In this document: one piece after another, positions 29,082 to 37,247 of the stretch
Position numbering within the stretch: the stretch's first letter is position 1
How the letters are laid out: each line of letters begins with the position of its first letter
IMG/VR virus record: IMGVR_UViG_2974515140_000001
Location: 95,280 to 156,130 of that record
Strand: one strand, 5' to 3'
DNA: 60,851 nt
From: a virus
Lineage: Duplodnaviria; Heunggongvirae; Uroviricota; Caudoviricetes; Ackermannviridae
Position numbers and translations under genes: made by a program
The notes under the pieces: model-generated
Database searches by the model: none
What the model saw: the letters and a program-made list of their open reading frames with translations, nothing else
What the model was told of the DNA's origin: nothing

Positions 29082-29527
29082 TTATCGTATCCCCCTAAAT
29101 TAAATACGTCCACTTGGTAATCGACCAACCAAGATACCAGTTTAATCGCTTGTTCCGATTCATCTGATTCATCAAGAGTGTAATATGGTTTACCCGTCCC
29201 TTTAAGCGGGTCATACACCACCAATTTACCATCTCGAGTGTCCAACAATATCTGATGTAATATGCCAGGGGAAGTCAGGGAAGGGGCGACCAGGACATAA
29301 ACATAATCGTGATAAATCGTTATATTTTGATTAGCCCCACGCCCAGCTATAAATGGCACACCATTGAGATGCAGTGCGTCACCAATAGTCATCTCAAATG
29401 ATTCGAATGAATCATGGAATTCGTCAATAACATTCTGTACAGGGCGGTCGAGAATCATGGCCAAACACGCAGACATACAAGTGTTGCCTGTCGGTTGTTT
29501 TTGGTGTACTAATGGATTCAAAACCAT
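29078..29527 (-). CDS. Peptidase C39-like protein
   Basis: HQKQPTGNTCMSACLAMIL ... HQI ... VYDP; start at MVLNP after a GGGGA RBS. Confidence 0.65.
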   Translation of the reverse strand: MVLNPLVHQKQPTGNTCMSACLAMILDRPVQNVIDEFHDSFESFEMTIGDALHLNGVPFIAGRGANQNITIYHDYVYVLVAPSLTSPGILHQILLDTRDGKLVVYDPLKGTGKPYYTLDESDESEQAIKLVSWLVDYQVDVFNLGGYDK

Positions 29528-29528
29528 C

Positions 29529-31442
29529 TTATTCCCCTTCCGTTTCAAACAGGCAAACGTCGCTAAACCAGGTTTTGCGGTAGTCGGCGGACTCGTCACC
29601 AAAGCCATTCTTCAGTGACTGTTGGTAGCCGTCGTCCAGCGTGACTGTCGTAGTATACGCATCCAGGTTGTTTAGAATACGCTTGAAGTCTTCAGTGCTG
29701 TTACCGCCCAGGCCTTTCAGATATTTCTTCTTCGTGATCTTCTTGGCGTCAGGTGTCTTCAGGAACTCCTCATACTCGGCGTTGTTCATGAACTCATGCA
29801 TCACCTCACCACACCAAACGCGCATGTAAGGGGTGCGCAGGAGTTTCAGCCTACCCTGACGAACGTATTCAGGCCAGAACGTACAATACAGAGTTATTAA
29901 CAACCCACGGATGTGAATGCCGTCGTCATCCGCGTCTGTTGCCACGACGGTCTGTGGATAGCGACTGATATCAAGCGGCTGGCCTGGCACAGCACCGCCG
30001 TGAATGGTGCATAAATTCTTGAATTCTTCGTTCGCCATCACCTTTGAGCGCGGGGCGTTCAGGCAGTTGATGAACTTACCACGAAGCGGGAACAAACCAA
30101 TTTTCTTGGTATCACGAGCGTTCAGGATAGGGTTGGATGCGCTATCACCTTCTGTCAGTAGCAGCGAACACCCACTGCGATCGCCTCTGGCGGTCGCCGG
30201 ATAATACTTCTCAATCTCACGATAATCCCGTTTGCTGATATCCTTCTTCGCCTTTTCAAATTCGGCATCTTCTTGTTCATTGCGTAATGAAGCCAGTTCT
30301 TTACTCAGCCCTGCTGTCACGAACTCAAGCGCCTTGCGAATCAGTTTATCGCTGGGCTTGTAGGACGTACCAAACTGGCTCACAGGAGTCGTCATGCGCT
30401 CCTTGGTCTGGCTGTCAAAGCGAGGGTTGTTGATGTCGGCGGCGATGAACAATGACATGTGGTTCTTGATCATCGCTGGCTTCAGTTCGGTCTTGAACTT
30501 CTTAACCAGCTGAGGGCGTATCGCCGCCACGATCTGGTCAGCAACATAATCAACGTGAGGTCCACCGATGTGCGTGGCGATTGAGTTCACGTATGATGCA
30601 TGCATGAACGCACCAGATGAGGGAGTGATAGCAACAGACCAATCATCCGTTTCATCAACAGCCGAGCCAGCGTAGAAGTAATCAACGAAATGACCAAATC
30701 GATCAATGCGGATTTGCTTGCCGTTGAGAACAACCTTCAGGCGCGGGTTGCATGCCGCCACTTCGAATGCACGACGGTAAATCATGAGCAGGTTGTTCTG
30801 GTCAAGCCCCTTAACACCCAGGCGCGCATAATCAGGGATCCAGGCAATAGTGGTGCCGAACTCTTTTGGTGTATTGCCGATGACCGGATTGGACTTCTTG
30901 CTCATGTTGTCTTCAAACAGCTGAGTATAAGACTTCTTGCCGTCACTGGTAGCAACGCGGAACCACTTTGAGAACACGTTGACGAGCGAAGCCCCTTCAC
31001 CGTTCTGGCCGCCGGACTTCTGGTTGTTGTACTCCTCGTCCTCATCGTTGAAGTTGCTGCCCGCATAGAGCGAGCCAAACAACATCTCAGGGAGCCACTC
31101 ATTGGTGACGCCATGCTTGACCACAGGGATACCCCCGTTGTCAGAAACGATGATTTGACCGTTCATAGGGGAGACCGTGACGGTGATTTCCGTCAAGCCT
31201 TTACCCTCAGGGGTCTTGCTGTGGTCAACACAGTTGGTGATGATTTCATCGAACTGTTTAATCAGCGCAGGGGAGTACTCAAAGTTGTCACGGAAGATGA
31301 CTTTTTCTTTGGTTGGGTCATATACCCACACCGTCCCCACAGACGAACGGATACTGCCCAGATGACGCTCTGGGCGAAGTAGGATATGCTCTATGTGAGT
31401 GAGCTTTTTGTATTTGCGTTCAATATCAATTTTGTTGGACAT
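29529..31442 (-). CDS. gp39: DNA topoisomerase II large subunit (fused T4 gp39+gp60-like)
   Basis: EHILLRP, DEIITNCVD, GSNF, GGQNGEGA, EGDSA, PLRGK, DADDDG, YLKGLG. Confidence 0.95.
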   Translation of the reverse strand: MSNKIDIERKYKKLTHIEHILLRPERHLGSIRSSVGTVWVYDPTKEKVIFRDNFEYSPALIKQFDEIITNCVDHSKTPEGKGLTEITVTVSPMNGQIIVSDNGGIPVVKHGVTNEWLPEMLFGSLYAGSNFNDEDEEYNNQKSGGQNGEGASLVNVFSKWFRVATSDGKKSYTQLFEDNMSKKSNPVIGNTPKEFGTTIAWIPDYARLGVKGLDQNNLLMIYRRAFEVAACNPRLKVVLNGKQIRIDRFGHFVDYFYAGSAVDETDDWSVAITPSSGAFMHASYVNSIATHIGGPHVDYVADQIVAAIRPQLVKKFKTELKPAMIKNHMSLFIAADINNPRFDSQTKERMTTPVSQFGTSYKPSDKLIRKALEFVTAGLSKELASLRNEQEDAEFEKAKKDISKRDYREIEKYYPATARGDRSGCSLLLTEGDSASNPILNARDTKKIGLFPLRGKFINCLNAPRSKVMANEEFKNLCTIHGGAVPGQPLDISRYPQTVVATDADDDGIHIRGLLITLYCTFWPEYVRQGRLKLLRTPYMRVWCGEVMHEFMNNAEYEEFLKTPDAKKITKKKYLKGLGGNSTEDFKRILNNLDAYTTTVTLDDGYQQSLKNGFGDESADYRKTWFSDVCLFETEGE

Positions 31443-31491
31443 CGGCCTATCCCGTCAATGGTAAACACACAAGATTATGTATGGGGTTGGC

Positions 31492-32070
31492 TTATAGACC
31501 AAATTTAGTGCGCCACTTTTCAACTTTGTGTTCTATGGCATGTTCTACTTTAACGATCGTGTTGATATGGTTTTGATTATATCCACACGCCAATTTGGCA
31601 GTATTGCGTATCAGATTTGAAACCAGGTCCACCATATTATCTTCTGAACGTTGAGGTTGGTTCAGTAAACGAGTGATGCGGCCTTTGTAATGATTAACCA
31701 TCGCAAGATATTTGTCTATAGTTTCAACACCACTGCAGAACCAATAATCCTCCAACGTATGTTGGCTGAGATCAGTTGTGTGATTGGCTGTAGCCAAAGC
31801 AAACAACATGGAGTCAAAGATTTCTTCTTTGGTCATAGACCCATGTTGTTGAACTTGTTGATAATCCACAACATATAATAGATCCAGAGCCGAGATGATA
31901 ACGTCCGCCACTTCACCGTTCAGGGGTTCGGATGCAGCGATTCCATAAAGCACATCTGATAGTTCACAAGACTCTTCCACGAGTTTGCAATATACAAACA
32001 CAGGAGAACGATTAGGATCGCGCTGGCTGAGTTCATATGATGTGTTGAAGATAGTTTTTAGAAAATTCAT
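31492..32070 (-). CDS. MazG-like nucleotide pyrophosphohydrolase
   Basis: KLVEESCELSD ... GEVADV motif. Confidence 0.65.
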   Translation of the reverse strand: MNFLKTIFNTSYELSQRDPNRSPVFVYCKLVEESCELSDVLYGIAASEPLNGEVADVIISALDLLYVVDYQQVQQHGSMTKEEIFDSMLFALATANHTTDLSQHTLEDYWFCSGVETIDKYLAMVNHYKGRITRLLNQPQRSEDNMVDLVSNLIRNTAKLACGYNQNHINTIVKVEHAIEHKVEKWRTKFGL

Positions 32071-32567
32071 TTCAAATATCCTTCTAGACGGAAGCGGTTA
32101 ATATGCTGTATGATAAAATCCATAGAGTTTTGAAAACTGTATTTCCCCTGATGTTCATAAGCGTGAATCAGGGGGAGACGGCTATGGGCCAATTGGAATC
32201 TCAACTTGGATGGCATTGTCAGCAATTTTTGACTCGTCGCTGCGATAATATCTCGTTTGAATTTGAGATCATCAGGGGACAATACAACGATGCGTGACTT
32301 GGCCAGGGTTTGTCCAAATTGCTTGGCGTCGTTCCCATAAAGACTACGCAAGTCGTCGTGGCGATATTTTAACCAATACCAGTAGCCTTCTATTGAGTTA
32401 AAATTACCATCAACAGTATCCATGGGATGGTACGCAAAATGAGACAGGAATCTGCCTAGCTCGGTGCGACTTCGACTGTATATGTTGTAATGTGTCTTGC
32501 CTTCACTATCCGGCGTCATACGTTCTTTTGGAACATTGAGTAATGGGAGCATGATATAGGGTCTCAA
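32067..32567 (-). CDS. NADAR-like protein (possibly T4 30.3-related)
   Basis: NIYSRS.TELGRFLSHFA ... FNSIEGYWYWLK. Confidence 0.5.
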   Translation of the reverse strand: MRPYIMLPLLNVPKERMTPDSEGKTHYNIYSRSRTELGRFLSHFAYHPMDTVDGNFNSIEGYWYWLKYRHDDLRSLYGNDAKQFGQTLAKSRIVVLSPDDLKFKRDIIAATSQKLLTMPSKLRFQLAHSRLPLIHAYEHQGKYSFQNSMDFIIQHINRFRLEGYLK

Positions 32568-32592
32568 ATCAAAATTGCTGTGTGTAATCAGG

Positions 32593-32784
32593 TCAAATCT
32601 TTTTATATGCTTTCAGGGTACAGATAATAGAGACGCCGCCAAACAGAACGAGCAATATGAATCGTTCCATCCTGAAATCAGGAAGGGAAAGCAGTCCCAC
32701 AAGGCTGTCTAAAGCAATCATGAACGTTACTCCAGTCAGCATGCCCAACTTAAAGGAGTTGGAACCTCTCTTGCAACGTAACAT
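32593..32784 (-). CDS. Small two-TM membrane protein
   Basis: Two hydrophobic segments; GGAGG RBS. Confidence 0.65.
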   Translation of the reverse strand: MLRCKRGSNSFKLGMLTGVTFMIALDSLVGLLSLPDFRMERFILLVLFGGVSIICTLKAYKKI

Positions 32785-32831
32785 AAATCACCTCCGATTC
32801 AAAATGGGGAGTTCTCTCCCCACACAGATAT

Positions 32832-33341
32832 CTAGCCCAGAAACACTACTAAAGTCAAATTTGTGAGACTGGTCCGAGCATCCTGCAACATTTCACGGGC
32901 AGCGGCTAAACGTTTTACATCATGTAGAGTGTCAGAGAACACGATTATGTTAGCCTTATCGATCCTGGTCCCCATGAAATGGGTGATTGTCGTCGTGCTC
33001 TCTTTCTTGTCGACATCAGGGATAAGTAATTCTTCGCCCGTCTGAGGGTTGCGGGAAGGATAGAAGAATGCATCACGTTCACGAGAAGTATGGAAGACGC
33101 CAAACACATATGCGTCGTTTTCGACCTGAAACTTTTTAGAAAGTAGTTTCTTCAGAGCGGCTGTATGTCCGGTCTGGCGGAGCATTCTGTAGTAGAGCAT
33201 GTTGCCGGAGCAAATAGGGTCTATCACTCCCCTAATCTGACGTTCCTTTTGTATCTCATACGCATCTGCCACAAGCTGCTGGATCATATCGACATGGGCA
33301 TTCATGGAGATTTCTATTTTACGTTTGATCATAGATTGCAT
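32832..33341 (-). CDS. Hypothetical protein
   Basis: 169 aa; GAGG RBS; TATAAT upstream near 33386. Confidence 0.7.
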   Translation of the reverse strand: MQSMIKRKIEISMNAHVDMIQQLVADAYEIQKERQIRGVIDPICSGNMLYYRMLRQTGHTAALKKLLSKKFQVENDAYVFGVFHTSRERDAFFYPSRNPQTGEELLIPDVDKKESTTTITHFMGTRIDKANIIVFSDTLHDVKRLAAAREMLQDARTSLTNLTLVVFLG

Positions 33342-33408
33342 TTGGTATATCCTCAGTTAGGTTCCGCTCATGGGGAACGGGTCCATTATACACCCAATGC
33401 TGGAAATG

Positions 33409-33430
33409 AAAAAGAGGCCGAAGCCTCTTT
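33409..33430 (-). terminator. UUCG intrinsic terminator
   Basis: AAAGAGGC-TTCG-GCCTCTTTTT on the minus strand. Confidence 0.8.
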
Positions 33431-33650
33431 AATCGTCGTATTGGCCTGTCCTGAAATTCCATTTTCGTGCCTTGGATAAATCCAAATCTTTGAAAATGTT
33501 GCCAAAGATCTTTTTAAAATCAGACTCTTCTTCAAGATCTTTTGGTTTTTTGACAGGCTCCTTGACCATACCGCCTTCGGGTTTCCCCACATCGGCGGTC
33601 GTGGTTGCCGGAGCAGAAGAGTCTTCAAGGAAATCCTGGAAGCTCTTCAT
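33429..33650 (-). CDS. Small protein with a T4 capsid-targeting-like N-terminus
   Basis: MKSFQDFLED resembles the T4 internal-protein CTS MKTYQEFIAE. Confidence 0.6.
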   Translation of the reverse strand: MKSFQDFLEDSSAPATTTADVGKPEGGMVKEPVKKPKDLEEESDFKKIFGNIFKDLDLSKARKWNFRTGQYDD

Positions 33651-33653
33651 AAA

Positions 33654-34463
33654 TTACACCACAGCCATTTCACAACGAGTAGACGTGACAGAATGGCCAT
33701 CTGCATCAGAAACAACACACCAATATTCGCCTTCATTTGCGGCTTCAACTGCTGTGATAACCAGGTTAGCAGTGGCGGCGGTGGCATTAGTGCCAGCATC
33801 GATAACTGACCCCGCACCCCCAGGAGTATCAGAGAAATGCCACACATAAGTGTATGGAGTTGTACCACCCGCAGCAACAACACTAAAGGTTCCGTCTTGT
33901 CCAGAAGTTACGTCTTTGGTGGCAGGTAAATCAGTCGACAGCGACAGAGCGCCTGCAACTGTAATAACCGTAGAATCTGTGTGATTCCCTTCAACCGTGA
34001 CACCATAAACCGTTACAGTTCCTGAATCCAGCAATTTGAATTTACCACCACCGACATGTACAGCTTTCGTAATATCACCAGAATACCAATTAACGCCTTG
34101 ATATGTGGCATTGGCAGGGGATACCGTCGCTAGCAATTCAACAAATTGTCCGATCTCTCCGCTGGCTGTAGCTGGAGTAATCACAAGTCCGGTGGTTAAA
34201 ATGGCATTCGGATCGTGGATTTCATAAGATACTTGAAAGCCGATAGGCTTGGTGGGATCCACTTTGGTGACACCGTCCGCTTGTAAATTGCTCTTGGTGA
34301 GCAGAGCGTCAAGACCTTTACATTCGGTCAGGATCTCATCAGGATCTTGGTTGAGGCTGGTCTTTTGCCAACCCTTTGCAACACCCGTCACGACATGATT
34401 GCGTTCGGTTTCCGGTTTGTTGCGGACAACTTCCGGCGCGACTAATACTGTGATTGTTGGCAT
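33654..34463 (-). CDS. Ig-domain virion protein (Big_2 + Ig-like; Hoc-like)
   Basis: LLATVSPANAT...VNWYS, then YTYVWH...LVITAV..ANEGEYWCVVSD. Confidence 0.75.
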   Translation of the reverse strand: MPTITVLVAPEVVRNKPETERNHVVTGVAKGWQKTSLNQDPDEILTECKGLDALLTKSNLQADGVTKVDPTKPIGFQVSYEIHDPNAILTTGLVITPATASGEIGQFVELLATVSPANATYQGVNWYSGDITKAVHVGGGKFKLLDSGTVTVYGVTVEGNHTDSTVITVAGALSLSTDLPATKDVTSGQDGTFSVVAAGGTTPYTYVWHFSDTPGGAGSVIDAGTNATAATANLVITAVEAANEGEYWCVVSDADGHSVTSTRCEMAVV

Positions 34464-34834
34464 GGTTTCCTCCACTCATCCAAATCGTTGTTCAGAGCCA
34501 TCATCAGCTCGTTATCTGGTTCGTATGAACCGGAACATAAATCATCTCGCCAAACACCTAACGTCAACAGCGCTGCTTTAAGACGAGGATGTTGGTTCTT
34601 ATCCGTTTTCAACACCAACATTCGACACACGGCTTCGGTTTCAAAGGTATTGAAAAGGATAATCAATTGATTGATAAGTACGCGAGGACTTTTCCCTGGC
34701 ACAAATCTTTTCAATGATTGATTAATTAGCGAAATTCGCTGAATGTCTACCATCAAATCATCCCGTGAGACACCCGCAGTGATATAGTGTCTCAGGGCAT
34801 ATTCCATCAAATTGCTTTCGTCAACGATAGCCAT
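34442..34834 (-). CDS. Conserved hypothetical protein of T4-related phages
   Basis: ESNLMEYALRHY ... RVLINQLIILFNTF motif. Confidence 0.7.
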   Translation of the reverse strand: MAIVDESNLMEYALRHYITAGVSRDDLMVDIQRISLINQSLKRFVPGKSPRVLINQLIILFNTFETEAVCRMLVLKTDKNQHPRLKAALLTLGVWRDDLCSGSYEPDNELMMALNNDLDEWRKPCQQSQY

Positions 34835-34866
34835 ATTGAATTATAATCAGCAGTTATACACTGAGA

Positions 34867-35280
34867 TTATTTAATCTGCAGTTTTTCAGTCAATTGCGAG
34901 ATTATTTCATTACGGTCAGTCGCGTCGATACCCAGGGGTTCCGCAAGTGTCTTAAGATCATTGATATCAAGCAAAAGAAGAACTTCAACTGTAATATCGG
35001 TTGATACCACAGTACCTGGTTTCATCGGCTTACCGAATTTATCTAACCCGTAACGGCGCAAAGTTCCGGCAAGTCCGGTGAGTTCCTCTAGAAGCTCCTT
35101 AGAGCCGTCTTTATATTCACACACCCAACCGTAGTCACCAGCGTAGACAATACCGCCGTCGCCGCCCTGAGGCACGTTATCCACCACGCGTTGCAGATAA
35201 CTGGGAAGTTTATTTTCTTCCTGTGCAGTGATTTCTTGAATGGTTTGGGTGTTTTCAATTTTCTTTTGTGTCTTCGCCAT
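34867..35280 (-). CDS. Hypothetical (likely late/virion) protein
   Basis: Start reassigned to MAKTQK after AGGAG; TAAATA at 35307-35312. Confidence 0.7.
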   Translation of the reverse strand: MAKTQKKIENTQTIQEITAQEENKLPSYLQRVVDNVPQGGDGGIVYAGDYGWVCEYKDGSKELLEELTGLAGTLRRYGLDKFGKPMKPGTVVSTDITVEVLLLLDINDLKTLAEPLGIDATDRNEIISQLTEKLQIK

Positions 35281-35554
35281 GATCAGTTCTCCTATAGACT
35301 GTAATATATTTACCACAACAATTGCAGCAATAAACATGCATGGAATATCCGTCGTCGTTAAAGTCACAGCCGCCACAACGACAAAATAATTTCACGAACT
35401 GGTCGCCTATGACTTCTCTCGGAGGAAAATTCCTGAACGAGTATTCCTTGAGTTCTCCATCAAATTGGAATGAATCAACAAGGAACTTTGTTTTTCGGCG
35501 CAGTGATCCAAATGCCTGTTGCTCATACACGAAGTAAACATCTCTGGTTTCCAT
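35255..35554 (-). CDS. Hypothetical zinc-ribbon protein
   Basis: CRCGG ... CCNCCGK; GAGG RBS. Confidence 0.7.
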   Translation of the reverse strand: METRDVYFVYEQQAFGSLRRKTKFLVDSFQFDGELKEYSFRNFPPREVIGDQFVKLFCRCGGCDFNDDGYSMHVYCCNCCGKYITVYRRTDHGEDTKEN

Positions 35555-35567
35555 ATCGACCTCAAAG

Positions 35568-35593
35568 AAAAGGAGGCCGAAGCCCCCTCTTTT
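35568..35593 (-). terminator. UUCG intrinsic terminator after rIIB
   Basis: GAGGGGGC-TTCG-GCCTCCTTTT. Confidence 0.7.
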
Positions 35594-35607
35594 ATGTCAG
35601 TTCGCGG

Positions 35608-37191
35608 TTACTTGTATAGACCTTCAACATCAATGGATTTATGTTGGCGGTTGTATTCCGTGGTGTAATCGTCTAATACCAGATATTCACAGCAGCGGAT
35701 TTTACTGGAGCCATAATCATCAGTGATAGACACGATATCTTTCGGGTTCAGTTTGCAACGGACAACGCGTTGTCCCAGGCTACCAAAACATTGTTTCAGA
35801 TAAGCCAGAGAACAAACGTGAAGACCGTAAGAGCACAGATCTTTGTTGTTATCGTTCACGAATGAGCGAGCCATCCGAACAATGGTGCCAGGAGCATTAC
35901 TAACTTTTCCTGTGCGCTTGTCCATGTAGTTACCGCGAACGGATTTATACAGGATGATATCACCGTCTTCATGAATTTCGATATCCGAATATGCCATGAA
36001 TTCATAGATTCGACCGGACTGAACCAGCGCAGCGCTCGGGTTTTGGAACATTTTGTCCAGGAAACGACCCAAGCGTTCCAAGTTCGGATAATCGCCTTTT
36101 AATGCCAAAGCCAAAATGCGTTTGGCAACGGAAGTTCCGGTGATATCATAGCCACCCCAGCGAACACGATTGTCTGAAAGGTCAACCATGCCTGTGGTGA
36201 ATTGTTTGATGGCTTCACGCGGTTTCATCAGAGTGTACGCTGTTTTGACGTCACGATTTTTAATCGCTTCAACAATACGGTCATACGCCTGGTGGCTCGT
36301 TGTGATCGTTTCCGGTTTACCATCAACCACGATCACGATACTTTCCGGCAAAATCATGATCTGGTGTTCGTTCAGGAACACAGACAGATCTTTTTCATTA
36401 AATGAATTCTGAGTTTGCTTGTCGCCTGTTTCTCCAACAACTGCAACAGTCTTGACCACGAATAATACGGATGACAATGCCAGACGAAGTGTACGGCCTA
36501 AAATTACATCAAAGTAACCCACGCGCCGACGGGCATCAAGGGAACCGCGCATCGGGTATGTTTCGCCGTCATGTTGTACACTGATTACCACGCCATCATT
36601 GACTTTGGTAACGCCATCAACCAGTGCTGTCGCCAATTCGGCCAACGGCGAAATATTTTCTTCATTGAAGCGGCTTGACCCAGTTTCTAACGGTTTCAGT
36701 TCTTCGCTTCTGAAAAGTTTGGCCTGAATAGCAGCAGAGCTATCGTAACGCATACAGATAAACACTGTTTGGTTTTCCAGGAAACGGCCAACATACCATT
36801 CTTCGCCTTCAGAATCGACAGACACCGAACCTTCCAGAACTTCATAGGTGTCGGGGATTTTCCCTTCTTCAGTCAATTCTTTAATTGGCGAAATCACGAC
36901 CACGTTATTAGATTCTTTGATGATACGAACCATCAGGGCGCGGGCAATTGTTTTGGCACTGACGCCATAAACTGATGCCAGAGAAGAATTGCTTTCACCT
37001 TTGCTGCTCTTGGTTTGTATTTCTTGAATCTGATCTGTGGTCAGGGATTTAATCGACGCCGGATCCACTCCCAGTTCTTTATCTGACACGCGTTGTATCA
37101 TTGAGCGCGGTACGCCCAATTCACTGGCTATTGAACTTTGACTTCTGTTTTCGTTCAACAACTTGAGAATACGTTTTTCTATAGCATTCAT
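35608..37191 (-). CDS. rIIB: rIIB protector from prophage-induced early lysis
   Basis: N-terminal tandem HTHs; FLDKMFQNPS, DGDIILYKSV, MARSFVND, CSYGLHV, VNPKDIVS-type motif, KIRCCEY. Confidence 0.92.
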   Translation of the reverse strand: MNAIEKRILKLLNENRSQSSIASELGVPRSMIQRVSDKELGVDPASIKSLTTDQIQEIQTKSSKGESNSSLASVYGVSAKTIARALMVRIIKESNNVVVISPIKELTEEGKIPDTYEVLEGSVSVDSEGEEWYVGRFLENQTVFICMRYDSSAAIQAKLFRSEELKPLETGSSRFNEENISPLAELATALVDGVTKVNDGVVISVQHDGETYPMRGSLDARRRVGYFDVILGRTLRLALSSVLFVVKTVAVVGETGDKQTQNSFNEKDLSVFLNEHQIMILPESIVIVVDGKPETITTSHQAYDRIVEAIKNRDVKTAYTLMKPREAIKQFTTGMVDLSDNRVRWGGYDITGTSVAKRILALALKGDYPNLERLGRFLDKMFQNPSAALVQSGRIYEFMAYSDIEIHEDGDIILYKSVRGNYMDKRTGKVSNAPGTIVRMARSFVNDNNKDLCSYGLHVCSLAYLKQCFGSLGQRVVRCKLNPKDIVSITDDYGSSKIRCCEYLVLDDYTTEYNRQHKSIDVEGLYK

Positions 37192-37216
37192 CTTGTAGTT
37201 CTCACTGTGGGGTAAT

Positions 37217-37247
37217 GGGGCTATTATGCCCCGAGAATACGTTTTGA
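37217..37247 (-). promoter_or_regulatory. TTCAAA-N14-CATAAT promoter variant in a GGGGC/GCCCC hairpin
   Basis: Overlaps the rIIA stop region, upstream of rIIB. Confidence 0.5.

Noticed and set aside
29529-31442. Locally higher GC in the topoisomerase large subunit (also uvsX)
   Set aside because: Only spot-checked on single lines; explainable by codon preference of highly expressed genes or routine recombination among relatives
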